Shown: piece after piece, positions 60,142 through 64,000 of the stretch | Position numbering within the stretch: position 1 is the first letter of the stretch | How the letters are laid out: the number at the start of each line of letters is the position of its first letter | IMG/VR virus record: IMGVR_UViG_3300036791_001907 | Span: 64,001-128,000 of that record | DNA: 64,000 nucleotides | Direction: 5' to 3' (one strand) | Source of the DNA: a virus | Translations under genes and position numbers: made by a program | The notes under the pieces: generated by a model | What the model was told of the DNA's origin: nothing | Databases searched by the model: none | What the model saw: only the letters and a program-made list of their open reading frames with translations

Positions 60142-61198
60142 TCGGGTCACGCAGACGCCCTACGTGGGCGCGCTGGCGCAGCTCCAGCTCAACCATGAGG
60201 GGCAACTCCCGGGCGGGTATCGCTACACCTCGACCGCCTTCAAGCAGGTCTGTGGGCTGGCCTGCCCGGGACTGCACCAGGCCGTTGTTGACCTCTCAGG
60301 GATCCGCCGCACCTCGATGCAGCCGCGGTGCGACTACTCCTTTGCCGATGCCATCGAGATCTTCAACCGGGCGCTACGGATCCGCTACCAGGAGCGGTTC
60401 GATGGCAAGGTGCGGCTGATCAAGGATGTGAACCAGCGTCTGGTTGAAGGAGTTATGGGTCCGAAGTATAATTACCTCGAGAACCGTACCCTTTACGACA
60501 TCGCGAAGGACGCCATGGCGACGAGCCCGGCGCGGGTGCGGTTCCTGGAGGCACTCCTGGAAGGCCGTCGACTCTTGCTCCGCTTCGTTCACGATCGTCC
60601 GCTCTTCGCCGTCGATACCCATCCCGGGGCCGACGGCGAACGCTTCTCCGGAGGCTACCACATCTCGAATTCCGAGATCGGCGGCGAGGCCAGCGTGCGG
60701 GTGACGACGCTGCTCTACCGGCATCGCGCGGCGACGACGTCGCTGGGGCCGTTTCCGGGGCGCCGGCCGCTGGCACACATCGGCAAGGACTTCGCCAAGA
60801 AGCTGAACCGGGTCTTCGCCGGCGCCATGGCCGTTCATCAGGACGGCAAGCTGCTGGCGCAGCGTGTGCGGCAGCTGATGGCGCTACCGCTTGAACTGGG
60901 GCACGACGAGGAGCAGCGCGAGGAACGGCTGGATGATCTCTCTCTGCTATTGCACCGGCAGAATATTCCACGAGGTCTGGCCAGGCGGATCATCCTGGCT
61001 ACGATAAGCTATGGCAGCGATCCGTCAGGGCCGTTGCCGCGCGCACCTGAGCGACTGCGACGAGGCCGAACCTGGTTTGATCTTTACAGCACACTCACGC
61101 GCGAGTCGCGCGGTCTTGATATGACCGTGATGGAGGCCGTCGAGCAGGCGGCCTTTCAGATCCTGCTCGGTCGAGTACGGGACAAGGGGATCAACTGA
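60053..61198 (+). CDS. DUF932-like protein
   Basis: GVMGPKYNYLEN, GYHISNSEIG. Confidence 0.55.
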   Translation: MNNTLYIDPETVVYAEGEEAALAARLVATDRVTQTPYVGALAQLQLNHEGQLPGGYRYTSTAFKQVCGLACPGLHQAVVDLSGIRRTSMQPRCDYSFADAIEIFNRALRIRYQERFDGKVRLIKDVNQRLVEGVMGPKYNYLENRTLYDIAKDAMATSPARVRFLEALLEGRRLLLRFVHDRPLFAVDTHPGADGERFSGGYHISNSEIGGEASVRVTTLLYRHRAATTSLGPFPGRRPLAHIGKDFAKKLNRVFAGAMAVHQDGKLLAQRVRQLMALPLELGHDEEQREERLDDLSLLLHRQNIPRGLARRIILATISYGSDPSGPLPRAPERLRRGRTWFDLYSTLTRESRGLDMTVMEAVEQAAFQILLGRVRDKGIN

Positions 61199-62157
61199 TG
61201 GCAGTTGCAACGCAGAAGCAGGGACGTTCACGCACGAAAAAGGAACCGGTGACACCGACCCGCGATCAGGTGATCGCGATGGTCCTGGAGCTGGGCGGCG
61301 AGCCCGAGCGGAAGCGCTACGAGAAGATCGAGGGTCTCGAGAAGACTCATGCCCGCGACGATGTTCTCCACCACTGGAAGGTGGGAAGCATTCTGGGCGA
61401 GAGTTTCCAGGAGCACGACGAGGAGACCATCCGCGTCTATTCGATCGGCCTTCAGCGCAAGGCGCAGACGCTGCGGCTCTCCGTGCGGCTGGCCGAGCTG
61501 TATTCCGAGCCCCAGGTCCGCGAGCTGCTCCAGGCGGCATCGACCGCGGGCCATGAGCTGAACTGGGGCCATTTCCGCCAGCTGCTTCACGAGGGGCTGA
61601 CGGAGGCGCAGCGGGCCGACCTGGTGCGGCGGGTCACCAAGAACCGCTGGGGCTACCGCGAGTTGCAGGACAAGATCACGGCCATGCTGGGCGGCAAGAA
61701 GTCGCAGGGGGGCCGCAAGCCCGGCAAGACGAAGTACCGGACCTACGCCGGGGCTCTGAGCGCCATGAAGCTGCGCTCGCAGGCGTGGCTGGCGCTGGAG
61801 GAGGACTGGATCATCCAGGTCAAGGATCTGGTGCTCAAGCTCGGCGAGGACGAGAAGCTCACGCCGGAATTCGTCGCGACCACCAAGGCCGCCGCAGCGC
61901 AGCTCCGGAGCGTGGCCAACAAGGCCCAGCGCGATGCCGAGGAGGCCGAGGCCATTGCCGCCGAGGTGGACAAGGCCCTGGGCCATCCCGAGCTGACGCC
62001 GGAAGCGCCGGCGGCGACGGTGCCCACGACCAACGGCGCCCCCAAGCACAATGGTGTCCCCAGGACCAGGACCAAGGCCAAGGCCAAGGCCAAGACCGCG
62101 CCCGGCAAGCCCGGCAAGCGCATCCGGCTTGCCAAGCACCCGAAGATGACCGGATGA
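61198..62157 (+). CDS. DNA-binding protein with YhcG/DUF1016 N-terminal-like region
   Basis: HWKVG...LNWGHFRQLL..R......NRWGYREL; Lys-rich tail. Confidence 0.5.
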   Translation: MAVATQKQGRSRTKKEPVTPTRDQVIAMVLELGGEPERKRYEKIEGLEKTHARDDVLHHWKVGSILGESFQEHDEETIRVYSIGLQRKAQTLRLSVRLAELYSEPQVRELLQAASTAGHELNWGHFRQLLHEGLTEAQRADLVRRVTKNRWGYRELQDKITAMLGGKKSQGGRKPGKTKYRTYAGALSAMKLRSQAWLALEEDWIIQVKDLVLKLGEDEKLTPEFVATTKAAAAQLRSVANKAQRDAEEAEAIAAEVDKALGHPELTPEAPAATVPTTNGAPKHNGVPRTRTKAKAKAKTAPGKPGKRIRLAKHPKMTG

Positions 62158-62208
62158 TGGTGCGGGCACGCGGTGCTGACTAACCATCCAGGTCCAGGGA
62201 TTGCTGCA

Positions 62209-62598
62209 ATGCGGGGTGTCGAGGTCACCAACCAGTGGGCCGATCTCGAGATGTATGCCCAGCAGGGTCGCGACCCGGTCGGCATCATTTCCCGGGGAGC
62301 GCAGGAAGAATGGCAAATAGCGAAGGGCCCGATCAAGTTCGACCGGCCGATGGAGTGGTGGTCGGTTCGGGACGGCGACGCGGTCTACGTGCCGCTGGTC
62401 CCGTATCTGGTGTCGACAGTGCCGGAGGAGGCATTCGCCTATCTCCTGGAGATCGGGGTCATGGCCGGGATCCAGGTCAACATGACGCGGGGTCCGATCC
62501 GGCGGATCCACCTGATCCGGGGCAAGCCGGCGGAGGATCTCCGGCCGGAGACCAACGCATTCCGCTGCTGGGTGGGTCTGGCGATCCGCATCAAGTAG
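62209..62598 (+). CDS. Hypothetical protein
   Basis: ORF in operon; start uncertain. Confidence 0.5.
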   Translation: MRGVEVTNQWADLEMYAQQGRDPVGIISRGAQEEWQIAKGPIKFDRPMEWWSVRDGDAVYVPLVPYLVSTVPEEAFAYLLEIGVMAGIQVNMTRGPIRRIHLIRGKPAEDLRPETNAFRCWVGLAIRIK

Positions 62599-62606
62599 GC
62601 GAGGAC

Positions 62607-63026
62607 CTGGCGGAGCGGATCCTCGAAGAGTTGCCGCCGCGGGGTACCTTCGGCGAGCTGCTCGCCAGGCTGAACAAGGACATGGCCCAGCTCAACGCGC
62701 ACTACGATAACAGTCGGTGGCTCGCCGACATGGGCGCGGCCCTGGAGGACATCACCGTCGACCAGATGGTGCTCACCCTCGACGTTGCCGGCCGGCGGTT
62801 CCGGATCGATCCCGAGAAGCTGCTGGGAGTCCATCATCTCGGTCAGATTGCCGAGTTTCTCCAGGCCGAGGAGACAACGACCGGCATGGACAAGATCATC
62901 GCGGTTGCGGAGAGTGTCCGCGCGATCTACGACATGACCTTCCCGCGGGACGGTGCGATCGAACCGGAGAGCGGCGATGCGGGTCAAGTTTTGCAACCGG
63001 TGCAATCGGTCCCGGCCGGCCAGTAG
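62607..63026 (+). CDS. Hypothetical protein
   Basis: 3' part of ORF 62235-63026; start uncertain. Confidence 0.4.
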   Translation: MAERILEELPPRGTFGELLARLNKDMAQLNAHYDNSRWLADMGAALEDITVDQMVLTLDVAGRRFRIDPEKLLGVHHLGQIAEFLQAEETTTGMDKIIAVAESVRAIYDMTFPRDGAIEPESGDAGQVLQPVQSVPAGQ

Positions 63027-63073
63027 TCTCTGGTGCACCTGCGGCTGCCCCGAATATCGCTGGGAGGGGCCGC

Positions 63074-63937
63074 ATGGCGCGAGCAACGGCCTACAACTTC
63101 AAACAGATCGAGGCGCTTCAGAAGAAGATCGTGACCAGTCCGGAGATGTGGCCGCATTACAACGCGGTGCTGACGGGCGAAAGCTTCGCCGACCTGGTGG
63201 GAACCGTCGGCCGGCTGCTGGAAGGTAGCGTCGCTCCTCGCGTGCTCGAGGAAAGCTGCATCACGCTCCTGGGCAAGGAGCTGACCAGGCGGCGGCTGAA
63301 TGCTTTCGCGCTGCGGATCGCCGCCAACATCAAGCGGTTGCGCCAGGGCGACGTGATCTTGCCCTGGACCCGCCAGGCCGATGAAGAGTGGGCGCCGCTC
63401 GAGGTCATGCGGTGCTGGCCGGGCCGCAACCGCAAGGGGGACGCGGGGAGCTACTTTCAGTTCCTGGTGCTGGCCGGCACCCCTGTCGGGTTCAGTCTGG
63501 TCCGGTTCTGGACCCAGCGTCAGTACAGCTATATCGGGTTCGAGCTGGGCTTCTCGGGCAGGAAGAAGCGGCCGCTGCTGCATCCCGCCTACATGGTGCG
63601 GCTGCGGTTCTCGGCCCTGTTCGAGCCCCGGCTGTCGACCGAGCGTCCCGGTTTCCACAAGGTGCGGCTCCCGCCTGGTCTGGCGCGGTACAACGAGCCG
63701 CTGATGGTGGACCGGTTCTTCCGGGAACCTGGCTGCAAGCCCCGGGGCTACGCGCATGCCTGCCACGTCTGCTGGCTGGGCTTCGGCAGCTGTCCGCTGG
63801 CCGTGCACCCGCTCGACTATGAACAGCACATTTGCGATCACTGCGGCGATCCGAAAGCATGGCACGATCCGGCTGAGCCCATGGACATGTGCGTCAGCTG
63901 TGCCACCAAGATCCGGCTCAAACCCAAGGAGGCCTGA
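63074..63937 (+). CDS. Hypothetical protein with C-terminal Cys clusters
   Basis: GGAGG RBS; CHVC, CDHC, CVSC. Confidence 0.6.
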   Translation: MARATAYNFKQIEALQKKIVTSPEMWPHYNAVLTGESFADLVGTVGRLLEGSVAPRVLEESCITLLGKELTRRRLNAFALRIAANIKRLRQGDVILPWTRQADEEWAPLEVMRCWPGRNRKGDAGSYFQFLVLAGTPVGFSLVRFWTQRQYSYIGFELGFSGRKKRPLLHPAYMVRLRFSALFEPRLSTERPGFHKVRLPPGLARYNEPLMVDRFFREPGCKPRGYAHACHVCWLGFGSCPLAVHPLDYEQHICDHCGDPKAWHDPAEPMDMCVSCATKIRLKPKEA

Positions 63938-64000
63938 TCGGCGTTAGGAGCGTACCGCTATGAGCGTTTCGGCGTATTCTTGTTTGCTCCTGGGCGTCGA

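Noticed and set aside
63942-63957. Fifth copy of the 17-bp palindrome (CGTTAGGAGCGTACCG)
   Set aside because: It follows a stop codon but needs an indel plus mismatches; too degenerate to call.

Overview
High-GC window from a large tailed dsDNA phage (jumbo-like). The host may be a Planctomycete-type bacterium; this is inference from GC content and the NrdJ/CsrA type. Core genes: gpA-type terminase large subunit, B12-dependent ribonucleotide reductase NrdJ with an HNH-containing intein in its active site, SbcD/SbcC, SF2 helicase, DnaB-like helicase, primase, UDG-exonuclease-PolA fusion polymerase, RecA, CsrA, SpoU methyltransferase, RNase H, two antirepressor-type genes, a glycosyltransferase/GT75-mutase/sulfotransferase cluster and many small hypothetical genes. 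The most striking element is a ~3.6 kb essentially non-coding array (277-3870). It consists of tracts of degenerate 5-nt GGY-NN repeats, subdivided by GGCAG and punctuated by 8 copies of a ~40-nt motif whose two stems covary as an H-type pseudoknot. A ninth motif copy with its own tract sits at 21318-21550. The window also encodes a stand-alone Cas7-like RAMP protein (45266-45808) directly after an IS110/Tas-like Nop-domain protein (44188-45219), both inside the recombination operon. Together these suggest a phage RNA-guided system of the VIPR type with unusual features. Other highlights: a probable phage selenoprotein (in-frame UGA plus SECIS-like hairpin, 11463-11804), a 17-bp palindrome repeated after stop codons, a palindromic bidirectional RBS, and a possible internally deleted capsid-protein paralog. 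All family calls come from reading motifs by eye, not from database searches.
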